DNA of 17,225 nucleotides from an uncultured archaeon (lineage in GTDB: Archaea > Asgardarchaeota > Heimdallarchaeia > Heimdallarchaeales > Kariarchaeaceae), in NCBI GenBank assembly GCA_964645535.1, contig CAZYCQ010000065.1:1-17225 (forward strand), written 5' to 3'. Position 1 is the first letter of the stretch; each line of letters begins with the position of its first letter. The notes beneath the pieces are model-generated. The model was given only the letters and a program-made list of their open reading frames with translations, did no database searches and had not been told where the DNA came from. The translations under genes were made by a program, and so were the position numbers. Positions 7,825 through 15,667 of this stretch are shown one piece after another.

Positions 7825-9138
7825 TTATACCTCCTTGGTTTCCTTGAGAATGGATTTAATCATCTCATCAACAGCCTTTTCAGCTTCCTTGAAGGATGAG
7901 GATGTTTCCTTTTCTGTCTGATCCACAAGACTTTTCACAGTTTCCTTGCCTTCTGAAGTCAAATTCCTTGCATTCTTGGATCCAGTAATGATGGCGGTCT
8001 TAGTGGCATCATTTAGGGATTGTGTGGTGGAAACGGTCTTTTCATTGAATTTGCTCAACTCTTGGATCATTAGATTCCTGTTTGATTCTCCTAGTTTTTC
8101 AAGCTCTGTTCGGAGAGTTGCAAAGGAATCGATAACTTCCTTTCTTGCTTCGCCAACTTGTGTGTCCATGAAATCCAAGGATCCCATGACTCTTTTCTTC
8201 TGTTCTTCGTTGAGATTGGATATTTCCTTCATCAAATCCTGCTTCAGCTGATTCAATGAACCTCTTAATTCCCCTATTGCAGATTTGGTCTTTTCTTGGT
8301 GTTTTTCAATGAGCAACGTCATTTGTTTGTTGTATGTATCTACAATGGCGGTCACTGTTTTCTCCATCTGTTCCTCAAATTCAAGGATGGTATCTTGAAG
8401 TTCACCCACTTCCTTTGTGAAATGGGCATCGATTTCAGTATGCAGTCTTTCCAAATTGGATTTCAGATGGCTTAAGGTATCTGTAATGATGCTGTCCAGG
8501 ACTTCCTTGGTTTGAACAACTCCCTTAAAGACATCTTCGACCTTCCCTCCGATCTGATTTTGGAAGTCATTCTTAAGAAGGTTGAGGGATTCACTCAGTG
8601 TTTCCTGATTGATTTGGAGGATCTGTTTCAGTTCTGTTGAAACCGTTCCATCTTTCTCTGCAACTAGATCAATTGATTGGTTCATGGTCTGTGTAGCCAA
8701 TTCATTGATTCTTTCGTCATACTTTCCAACATCCTCGAGATGGGCATTGACACTATCCTTAACATTTGAAAGGCTGGTATCCAATTGTAGTGCTATTTTC
8801 TGTTCAACATCATCCAGTGTTTGACGTCCGTACTCTTCCATGCTGGAAATATTTGAACTGATGTCTTCCTGTAAGCCTTTGACAGTTCCATCAACTTCAT
8901 TTTTGAATGAATTCAGATTGTTTTCGACTTCATCCTCTAGATTTTTGTTGACGGTTTCGATTTGTTTGGCAGTGTTTTCTAAATTCTCACCAGTTTTCCT
9001 TTCCAAATTTTCCAGTGAATTCTGGATGTTTTTCTTGGCAGTGGCCAACCTAGCATGGACGTCGTTTTTCGTTTTTGTAACTGATGAGTTTATGTTTTTC
9101 AGCTTTTCAATGTATTTGGTATTTCCCTGTTCGCTCAT
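7825..9138 (-). CDS. All-helical hendecad / apolipoprotein-like repeat protein
   Basis: 437 aa with no Pro, Cys or Trp. Clear 11-residue 4-4-3 hydrophobic periodicity, e.g. LEDEVENNLNSFKNEVDGTVKGLQEDISSNISSM. Lies 9 bp after the ATPase stop (TGAGGGattcaaATG). Confidence 0.85.
   Translation of the reverse strand: MSEQGNTKYIEKLKNINSSVTKTKNDVHARLATAKKNIQNSLENLERKTGENLENTAKQIETVNKNLEDEVENNLNSFKNEVDGTVKGLQEDISSNISSMEEYGRQTLDDVEQKIALQLDTSLSNVKDSVNAHLEDVGKYDERINELATQTMNQSIDLVAEKDGTVSTELKQILQINQETLSESLNLLKNDFQNQIGGKVEDVFKGVVQTKEVLDSIITDTLSHLKSNLERLHTEIDAHFTKEVGELQDTILEFEEQMEKTVTAIVDTYNKQMTLLIEKHQEKTKSAIGELRGSLNQLKQDLMKEISNLNEEQKKRVMGSLDFMDTQVGEARKEVIDSFATLRTELEKLGESNRNLMIQELSKFNEKTVSTTQSLNDATKTAIITGSKNARNLTSEGKETVKSLVDQTEKETSSSFKEAEKAVDEMIKSILKETKEV
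7829..7834 (-). promoter_or_regulatory. Shine-Dalgarno GGAGGT inside the 3' end of the 437-aa gene, suggesting translational coupling to the 1477-aa gene
   Basis: Minus strand: AAGGAGGTATAACCATG. The stop TAA and the start ATG are 2 bp apart. Confidence 0.7.
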
Positions 9139-9147
9139 TTGAATCCC

Positions 9148-10824
9148 TCATTGTATATTTAAGTTCTTGAAATACTTTTGATGCTGTGGATATTTAACAA
9201 AGGTGGTCACAGCTTGTTCTTGTATCTCTTTTACGGTGTTTTTTTGTCCTGCATGCATAAATGCATTGATGGCCTTAATGAATAATGACCGCATAGCATA
9301 ATGGAAAGTTTCCAAATCAATGTTTGAAATCTCCCTTCGATATCTTCTTCCTGCTTCTCGGTAATTCGCCTGAGATCTCCATCCGATTTTTGCCTTTTCA
9401 AAATAATATGCAGATTGCTCATAGGCGAGTGCAGAGAAATAATCAATTTGCTTTTCAGCAAACCCTTTTGCAAGTCTTTCGTAGAGGTCGCCCAATCGTT
9501 CATAATCACCGGTTTTCAAGAGCCCTGTTGCAGCAATATCGAGCAATTGGATAGTCAGATCCTTAAGTCCATTTTCCAAAGCCACTTCTGCGGTTTTCGC
9601 AAGCTCAGTGGAGAGTCGAAAGATTAGTAGGGGGTCTCGAACCCGTTTTACGTTGGCTGAAATGATTTCAATATCTTCTTTGAGGGGAAGCAATCCTTTG
9701 GTTGCCAATCGTTCAATTCGATTCAACAGTAAGAGAACTTCAGTTCTTGGGTCAATCGGGAGAAAAACGGAAGCGACCAATTCCCAAACCGAACGGGTGA
9801 TAAAGGCATAATAGTTTCCGCTTCGGGTAAGCATGAACCCTTGTACCAACCCATCAACTATTTCTTCTTCATGTTTTTTCAGGATTTCATTCCTTTCGAA
9901 AAGGTTGATGTCTTTCTTTGAAAGATCTTCCAGCAATTCAACCTCTTGTTCTGACAAACCCAAAGCCTTTGCAATGATCTCTGCATCTAGGACGCTTTGG
10001 TCATAACCCTTGCTTGCAAGAAATTGACGGAGGGCAAGATCGAAGGGAAGTCTCGTTGAAGCGCTCAGAACTTTTTCCCGTTCATTCTTGATCAATTTCC
10101 CTCGTCGACGGATCATCAAGTCAGCATCAGTGAAGTCAAAATTTGAGATTTCGAGGTGGAGAACCTTTGATTCCTCTTCCATTTTCTGGAGATCTAGGTG
10201 CTGATTAATTGAGTTGTGACCCGCAGTCAGGAAAAAAATATTCAGATTGCGTTTTGTGGTTTCTTCAAAGATGGTTCTCAATATTTCAAAGACACTGATG
10301 AATTCGTAATTCATAACTCGATCCAAATCATCAATAAAGACACCAATAAATTTTCGATCCTCTTTCAATTTAAGGTCTGCACGGTCAATCCTTAAGAAGA
10401 ATGCATCAATGAACTCCTTGAGAGTCTGTTCATCGATGGTTTCTCCAATTGCCCGTTGCAATATTTGATCCGGGATTTCTCCAATCGTCAATCCTCGTTT
10501 GCGTTCAATGAAGTTTCTCCATTCAGGGGAAAGAAAATTGATCTGTTCCTTGATGCCGTTGAAGAAGTTCTTCAACCCTTCAGGAGCAATGGGCATCTCT
10601 ATGCTGAAGGTCAGGATATCCTGAGATAAGGCAATATCTTTGAGTTTATTCATCAGCGAGGTTTTCCCAGCCCCAGCAACACCGGAAATGTGAACCCATT
10701 TCATGACCGGTTGATCATTGATTAGATCTTTGATCCATTGGTAGAACGCGTCGATCTGTTCAGTTCTTCCGACGAAATCGATTGGATTTATCGGGTTGAT
10801 GATTTCTTCCATTGAGACTTCCAT
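9148..10824 (-). CDS. STAND-class P-loop NTPase (AAA_16-like) with helical and winged-helix domains and C-terminal TPR/SNAP-like repeats
   Basis: FVGRTEQI pre-P-loop motif, Walker A GVAGAGKT (aa 48-55), Walker B IGVFIDDLD, sensor-1-like FFLTAGH, NFDFTDADLMI, GxP-like ASTRLPFDL, WHD-like LSEQEVELLEDLS...LVQGFML...YYAF. The C-terminal ~170 aa form TPR-like helical repeats. The start may be the second Met at 10812. Confidence 0.8.
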   Translation of the reverse strand: MEVSMEEIINPINPIDFVGRTEQIDAFYQWIKDLINDQPVMKWVHISGVAGAGKTSLMNKLKDIALSQDILTFSIEMPIAPEGLKNFFNGIKEQINFLSPEWRNFIERKRGLTIGEIPDQILQRAIGETIDEQTLKEFIDAFFLRIDRADLKLKEDRKFIGVFIDDLDRVMNYEFISVFEILRTIFEETTKRNLNIFFLTAGHNSINQHLDLQKMEEESKVLHLEISNFDFTDADLMIRRRGKLIKNEREKVLSASTRLPFDLALRQFLASKGYDQSVLDAEIIAKALGLSEQEVELLEDLSKKDINLFERNEILKKHEEEIVDGLVQGFMLTRSGNYYAFITRSVWELVASVFLPIDPRTEVLLLLNRIERLATKGLLPLKEDIEIISANVKRVRDPLLIFRLSTELAKTAEVALENGLKDLTIQLLDIAATGLLKTGDYERLGDLYERLAKGFAEKQIDYFSALAYEQSAYYFEKAKIGWRSQANYREAGRRYRREISNIDLETFHYAMRSLFIKAINAFMHAGQKNTVKEIQEQAVTTFVKYPQHQKYFKNLNIQ

Positions 10825-10880
10825 CTTTGAATCTACCTTTTCAACCTTCTTTGAAGTACATGATTATTTGGACGTCCTCC

Positions 10881-10886
10881 TTTAAA
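10881..10886 (-). promoter_or_regulatory. Putative internal TATA box (TTTAAA) upstream of the STAND ATPase / helical-protein genes
   Basis: Minus strand caattaataaTTTAAAggagg, in the only sizeable gap (113 bp) within the five-gene block. Confidence 0.35.
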
Positions 10887-10937
10887 TTATTAATTGTTGA
10901 AATCTACCCAAATAGAAGATTGTTTGAAGAGAGTGGC

Positions 10938-13121
10938 TCAGAAAGAGATACTGAGGTTGTCTCGGACTCCTGCAAGTGGATAGTTGGGATCGATTTTCAG
11001 AATTGCTTTTTCTGCAATCTGTACCAGACTTGGATGCGGATTGCCTTCCAAAATCGACACCATCCGTCCCAAGTCATCTGGTGTGCCACATTGACCGAGC
11101 GCCCAAAAGGCAGCCTTTCTGACTTCAACGTCCTCGTCTCCTAACGCATCAAGCAGAGTCCATCTTGCATCATTGGTGCCTTTTAATCCTAGACCAATCA
11201 AGATACCGCTTTTCAACCCTCGTGATATTTCTGGTTCCTTGAATAGCGAAATGAGATCTTCTTCTTCCAATAACCCTATTTTAGTTGCCAGTATAACAAC
11301 TCCTGATGCCACCTGATCGTGTGGATGGTGAATGAGATTTCTGAAGCATTCTGCGAACTGTGAAGAATCGGTTCGCTCCACATACCTGAAGGTTGCGAAC
11401 CGACCAAACTGCCCCAGTCCCTGAGCAAATTCTGTTTCAGGTTCCTTTATGTCAGCAGGCCAAATTGTCATGGCAAGAGGTAGAAAGAAGGGGGCATATG
11501 ACCAATGAAAACTTACCTGAGATGCCGATTTTGTCCAAATGTAGATGTTCCAAAGAAGAAGCAAGAGTACCATGAAGTTAAGCCATTTCCTCCAAGATTT
11601 AGAAAAGAAGAAACCATTTCGCATGGAATTTGCCCAAAAATATGAAAATATGGTCAATGCCATTCCCGGCATGAGAACAAAGAAAATCACAAATCGGATC
11701 TGATTGACCAAGTCCAATCTTTCAAGCTGTCGATACGTTGCGGCAATGAAAAGGAGGTAAACATATCCAAACCCCATCACGACAGCTATTCTTTTTGGAA
11801 GAAGATACCAAGGTTCACTAGCTTCCAAAAAATCAATGTCTGCCTTGACATTGAGGGGAAATATATCATTGAGGTTCTTTGGATCATCCATCAATCCACT
11901 TGCGACCAACATCATGGATTCAGGTGTAGGAGGTTCAAGTAACCGGAAAACAAAAGGCAGGACAAATCTCAATACCACAAGTGCGATAATATAGCCAAAT
12001 ATCAATGAGAATGAACTTGTGGTGCTTACAAAGGCAGAAAATATGATATCAATAACAATGAATGCTAAAAGAACAACAGCCAACCCTCTTTTTTGTAACC
12101 TAACGTCTGCAATTAATTTTCTCAATATAGGAAGTGTTTCATTGTAACCTAAAACAACTGTAGGAACGGCAAGAACAATCAATGCGATTCTAAGGAAGGT
12201 GAAAAATGTACTGACTTGGGAACTGAAGTTGGAAGAAATTTGGATAAAAAGAAGTTCTTCCTGAAGACGTTGCAAGAATTCCAAAAAAATCCGCTGAAAC
12301 ATAGATCCTGTGGTTAGAAGGTTCAAAAGCACTGCAAAGAGGGCAGAAGCCCAGAAGTTTCTGGTTCTCCACCATATAATTCCTGATATCAATCCCCAAA
12401 AGAAAAATCGCAGGAAAATGTAAATCAGAACATCCCAATCATTGGGAAGAAGAAAGATATTGGAAAATGTAATTGCCTGAATTAAAGCAGAGGCAATAAC
12501 TGCAGTTCCCATCCCCACTTTGGCAACTCTTGAAAAGTTTGCAATCAGTCCTCTCAACAGATACTCCACCCCAACATAAAGCAAGGCAAAACTAATCAAA
12601 AGAAGGTTCTTTTCAGTATTTGCCGTTTGATCTGGACTGATTAAAGTGTAGATATAGGTCTGATAGAAATCAGGGGAAGTTGGAACACTTTGTGATTTGA
12701 ATATTACTTCTTCTCCCCTTGTAGTGACCATAACGGTACTCAAAATCAAAATGAGGAAGAAGTAGACCCCCAGACCAAGGAAGACGTAAAGCAAGGTGAA
12801 GTTCTTCCCCTTTCTCCCTGTCAGGGGAGAAAGATTCATGTTCATGGATCTTACATAGTATTCTGAAATGAAAATCAACAGCAATGGGATAAGTATGGAC
12901 ATGGAAAGATACATGTTCAAAACAAATTGTAATTGATCGATCTGATCTAATGTGGTCAATGAACCATATTTTCCTGTCAGACCTCCAATGAATTGATTCC
13001 CAAAAAATACACCAATGATAAGAGAACCGATATATGCAGGAAAGTAGACTGAATAGAACAAGTTCAGGTAACGAGGTCCAATGACTTGATCTATTTTGAT
13101 TTGAGTGGTATTGTCAGACAT
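10938..13121 (-). CDS. Polytopic membrane protein with a degenerate CPBP (Abi/CAAX protease) domain and C-terminal HEAT repeats
   Basis: More than a dozen hydrophobic segments. CPBP-like pattern GVEYLLRGLI...ASALIQAITFS...FFWGLISGIIWWRTRNFWASALFAVLLN. C-terminal HEAT/PBS-lyase repeats LLDALGDEDVEVRKAAFWALGQCG and ILEGNPHPSLVQIAEKAILKI. Starts 1 bp after the upstream stop, with GAGGAGG SD. Confidence 0.8.
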   Translation of the reverse strand: MSDNTTQIKIDQVIGPRYLNLFYSVYFPAYIGSLIIGVFFGNQFIGGLTGKYGSLTTLDQIDQLQFVLNMYLSMSILIPLLLIFISEYYVRSMNMNLSPLTGRKGKNFTLLYVFLGLGVYFFLILILSTVMVTTRGEEVIFKSQSVPTSPDFYQTYIYTLISPDQTANTEKNLLLISFALLYVGVEYLLRGLIANFSRVAKVGMGTAVIASALIQAITFSNIFLLPNDWDVLIYIFLRFFFWGLISGIIWWRTRNFWASALFAVLLNLLTTGSMFQRIFLEFLQRLQEELLFIQISSNFSSQVSTFFTFLRIALIVLAVPTVVLGYNETLPILRKLIADVRLQKRGLAVVLLAFIVIDIIFSAFVSTTSSFSLIFGYIIALVVLRFVLPFVFRLLEPPTPESMMLVASGLMDDPKNLNDIFPLNVKADIDFLEASEPWYLLPKRIAVVMGFGYVYLLFIAATYRQLERLDLVNQIRFVIFFVLMPGMALTIFSYFWANSMRNGFFFSKSWRKWLNFMVLLLLLWNIYIWTKSASQVSFHWSYAPFFLPLAMTIWPADIKEPETEFAQGLGQFGRFATFRYVERTDSSQFAECFRNLIHHPHDQVASGVVILATKIGLLEEEDLISLFKEPEISRGLKSGILIGLGLKGTNDARWTLLDALGDEDVEVRKAAFWALGQCGTPDDLGRMVSILEGNPHPSLVQIAEKAILKIDPNYPLAGVRDNLSISF

Positions 13122-13122
13122 G

Positions 13123-14949
13123 TCAGGTCTCCTCCTCTATTGTCAAAATGGCATCAACTCGTGATTTTTGCAGTTTTCGCATTAGCCTGAATCTCCTGTA
13201 GGCAATTCTAGCCAGATAAACGATAACAATAATGATAAACAGGTCTATAGATACCCGAAGACGGATATTTCTTCCGACATGGATTGTCCCTGAAAATGTG
13301 TTGTCATCCTCATTGATTTCAGTGACTTCATTTTCGACATCAACATCTATGGAAAGGGTGAGATTCCTTTGATTGTATCTCAAGAAAGTCCGGTAGGTGT
13401 AAACCAATGTTTCATTGACAGGAAGGAAGTCCAATTCATCTTGGATGACGATTTCATCATCCAGTTTCACTTCCAATTTGAAGGCGGAAGCAGGCAGGGA
13501 TCCATTGTTGACGATTCTGACTTCCAAAAGCAGGGAGGAGAATTCTTCTGCCGGATCTGGAAAGATATCGATTGATTGGATTGCAAGATTGGTGAACCTG
13601 TACCAAGTGGCAGTGATTCCAGTAACATTCCTATAAAGGGTCTGTTGATTAAGTGGAAGAAGAACAAAGGCCATGCTTGGAGCCATCCAGTGTAATGATC
13701 TTCCAGGTGATACTGAAAGGCCATATAATGAATCATTTGCGACAACAATGCTTGGGGAAAATTTGGTTGGAATTGAAACGGAGTCATATGTCTCGAGCTT
13801 CCAAACTTCACGATTCGCGATAATGAATCCATCCTGTGTATATTCAGCAACGGTAAAGTTGGTATTTGGTTGAAGAATGGCAAAAGAGGCAGAAAGACCT
13901 GGGATAATAGCAAATAATTCTCCTGCCCGCATTTCAGGAGCTTCAATCATCTGAACCATCGATGATTTTGTCAAGCCTGCATATTGGTGTACAAAATGTA
14001 AATTCACATCAATTTCAGATCTGCGGGAAGTGATTCCCACTAAGTCTGCTGAAAGAGAAAACTTGGTTGGGCCAAAAATCGAAACAGTCCTTACCGCACC
14101 GTTAACATATGTCAGATTGATTTCCGTTGGCGAGGAAGGAATGACTTCCACATAGGAAAGGTCTGTTTCGTCTTCGGGAGTCACATACAATTGTTGAGGA
14201 ATAATGTATTTCATTCCCCGCAGATATCGAGGGATACCCAATGTTGCCTTGTAGCCATTTTCATCATCCGGTGAGAAGAATGTGACGGTTGTTGCCTTGG
14301 TGGTATTGATATAGGTGCCTTTTGCTATGGGGAAGGTTTGGGGATCAAAGGGTTGGAATATCATTCCCTGTTTGGTCGATCCATTGGGAAATCTAAAGTT
14401 GACTTCTGTCAGTTGATCTTCTGTAAACACAGTTACATATCCATCAAAAGGAGCCCGATATTCATATCCCCTCATCCGATCTGGTAAAACCGTATATGCA
14501 AAGGATTTGTCGTTTTCAACGTCTTGTGTCAATCTGTGAACGACAACTTGTGCGGGAGCAGTTAAACGGATAAGAGAACCATTGGTCAATCCAGGACTTG
14601 AACTGGGATCAAAGATTACAGTAGTTGGTGAATTGAAGACCCTTTGATTGACCCCTGACTCATCCATTGCAAAGGATGTCAACATTAAACTAGGTTGAAT
14701 AAGAGTCACAGAAACAGAAGCCAGTCCATCTTTGTGAGTTTCATCGAAAATGAGAGGAATGTAATAGTCAAAGAACAAGAAACCTCCACCACCACCGCCG
14801 CCACCACCGTTACCACTGGGTGGAGCGGGGTCTCCCTCAGAAGATGAACCAAATGTATAAACTATGTTTGCACGAATGGATATGAGAATTAGGACAACTA
14901 AAACAATGAATTTCCACCGGTTGATGATGTGCCTATGCATGTAATACAT
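13123..14949 (-). CDS. Membrane-anchored surface protein: signal/TM, Pro/Gly linker, beta-rich (IgGFc-binding-like) region, CARDB domain, C-terminal TM and basic tail
   Basis: N-terminal RWKFIVLVVLILISI. CARDB pattern NLAIQSIDIFP...VRIVNNGSLPASAFKLEVKLD...LPVNET...IDVDVENEVTEINEDDNT. C-terminal TM IDLFIIIVIVYLA followed by RIAYRRFRLMRK. Ten N-X-S/T sequons counted. The IgGFc-like call rests only on weak motifs (VLPDRMRGYEY, IPRYLRGMKYII). Confidence 0.8.
   Translation of the reverse strand: MYYMHRHIINRWKFIVLVVLILISIRANIVYTFGSSSEGDPAPPSGNGGGGGGGGGFLFFDYYIPLIFDETHKDGLASVSVTLIQPSLMLTSFAMDESGVNQRVFNSPTTVIFDPSSSPGLTNGSLIRLTAPAQVVVHRLTQDVENDKSFAYTVLPDRMRGYEYRAPFDGYVTVFTEDQLTEVNFRFPNGSTKQGMIFQPFDPQTFPIAKGTYINTTKATTVTFFSPDDENGYKATLGIPRYLRGMKYIIPQQLYVTPEDETDLSYVEVIPSSPTEINLTYVNGAVRTVSIFGPTKFSLSADLVGITSRRSEIDVNLHFVHQYAGLTKSSMVQMIEAPEMRAGELFAIIPGLSASFAILQPNTNFTVAEYTQDGFIIANREVWKLETYDSVSIPTKFSPSIVVANDSLYGLSVSPGRSLHWMAPSMAFVLLPLNQQTLYRNVTGITATWYRFTNLAIQSIDIFPDPAEEFSSLLLEVRIVNNGSLPASAFKLEVKLDDEIVIQDELDFLPVNETLVYTYRTFLRYNQRNLTLSIDVDVENEVTEINEDDNTFSGTIHVGRNIRLRVSIDLFIIIVIVYLARIAYRRFRLMRKLQKSRVDAILTIEEET
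14782..14808 (-). repeat. GGN trinucleotide run encoding a 9-Gly linker in the CARDB protein
   Basis: Minus strand GGT GGT GGC GGC GGT GGT GGT GGA GGT, following PAPPSGN. Confidence 0.8.
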
Positions 14950-15009
14950 TTCATATCTTTGCTGTAGGATATTTCAACCTACTGTTTTCATGCATTTTAT
15001 TTTTCCTTC

Positions 15010-15624
15010 TCAGATAGAGTTCATTTTGTGCTTGTCGCAGACGGGAATTTGGTGTTCAATTAGTTCTTGACCAATTTGTACCTGCATTTTCACCAACGTT
15101 TTGGTTGCCTTGGCACATGTTGTGCATTTCAATGGCTCATAAGTAAAATCATACCGACGTTTCGCTCTTGCAAACTTGGATTTAAGCACTTTAATTGCAG
15201 CATTCCATTCATCAGTAATCTTTGACCCAACAGGATCATCCTTGGGCCTGATTCCAGTCCGAGCGGTAAGAGAGTACCAAAGAATTAAGTCCAATAGCTT
15301 GATTATCTTGCTTGTTGGAACAAGATGCAGTCCATCAACAATGATCAGAAGGTGGGAATCGTCAGCACTCATTTGGACATTCAGGTATTGGCCTCTACGT
15401 GATTTGGTAAGATATTTTTCAGTTATACGTGAAAATGCCTTTTTCAATTGCGATTGGAGAGAAATAAGCAGCTCAGGTTTCTTCAGATCTTTGACATGAT
15501 GTTTGATGACAAGTCTTGTTTCATTTTCCACTGAAAGGATTGATTTTCGGTTCACTAGGTTGAACAATCGTACACAATACTTGACAATTGAAGATGAATA
15601 ATGAAGGAGAATGCTCATTCTCAA
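15010..15624 (-). CDS. Basic hypothetical protein with a C-terminal CxxC...CxxH zinc-binding motif
   Basis: ORF fills the space between the thioesterase and CARDB genes. It is Lys/Arg-rich, with CTTC and CDKH near the C terminus. The start is uncertain and could be GTG at 15531 (VENETR). Confidence 0.65.
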   Translation of the reverse strand: MRMSILLHYSSSIVKYCVRLFNLVNRKSILSVENETRLVIKHHVKDLKKPELLISLQSQLKKAFSRITEKYLTKSRRGQYLNVQMSADDSHLLIIVDGLHLVPTSKIIKLLDLILWYSLTARTGIRPKDDPVGSKITDEWNAAIKVLKSKFARAKRRYDFTYEPLKCTTCAKATKTLVKMQVQIGQELIEHQIPVCDKHKMNSI

Positions 15625-15667
15625 ATTAATATATTGTTTTGATTAAATAAAAAATTTAGAGACCTAT

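Noticed and set aside
4143-9142. Numerous plus-strand ORFs of 60-154 aa, and short alternative-frame minus ORFs, within the helical genes
   Set aside because: They are Ser/Phe/Leu-rich antisense shadows of Glu/Lys-rich codons, fully overlap long credible CDSs and show no motifs.
9148-10824. Known Avs/NLR-like antiviral system or Orc1/Cdc6 origin locus
   Set aside because: No fused or adjacent toxic effector and no defence-island context. I saw no ORB-like repeats, and the C terminus is TPR-like. A defence role is not formally excluded.
14964-14982. GTAGG-N9-CCTAC inverted repeat upstream of the CARDB gene
   Set aside because: The 5-bp stem is too weak to call as a terminator or operator.
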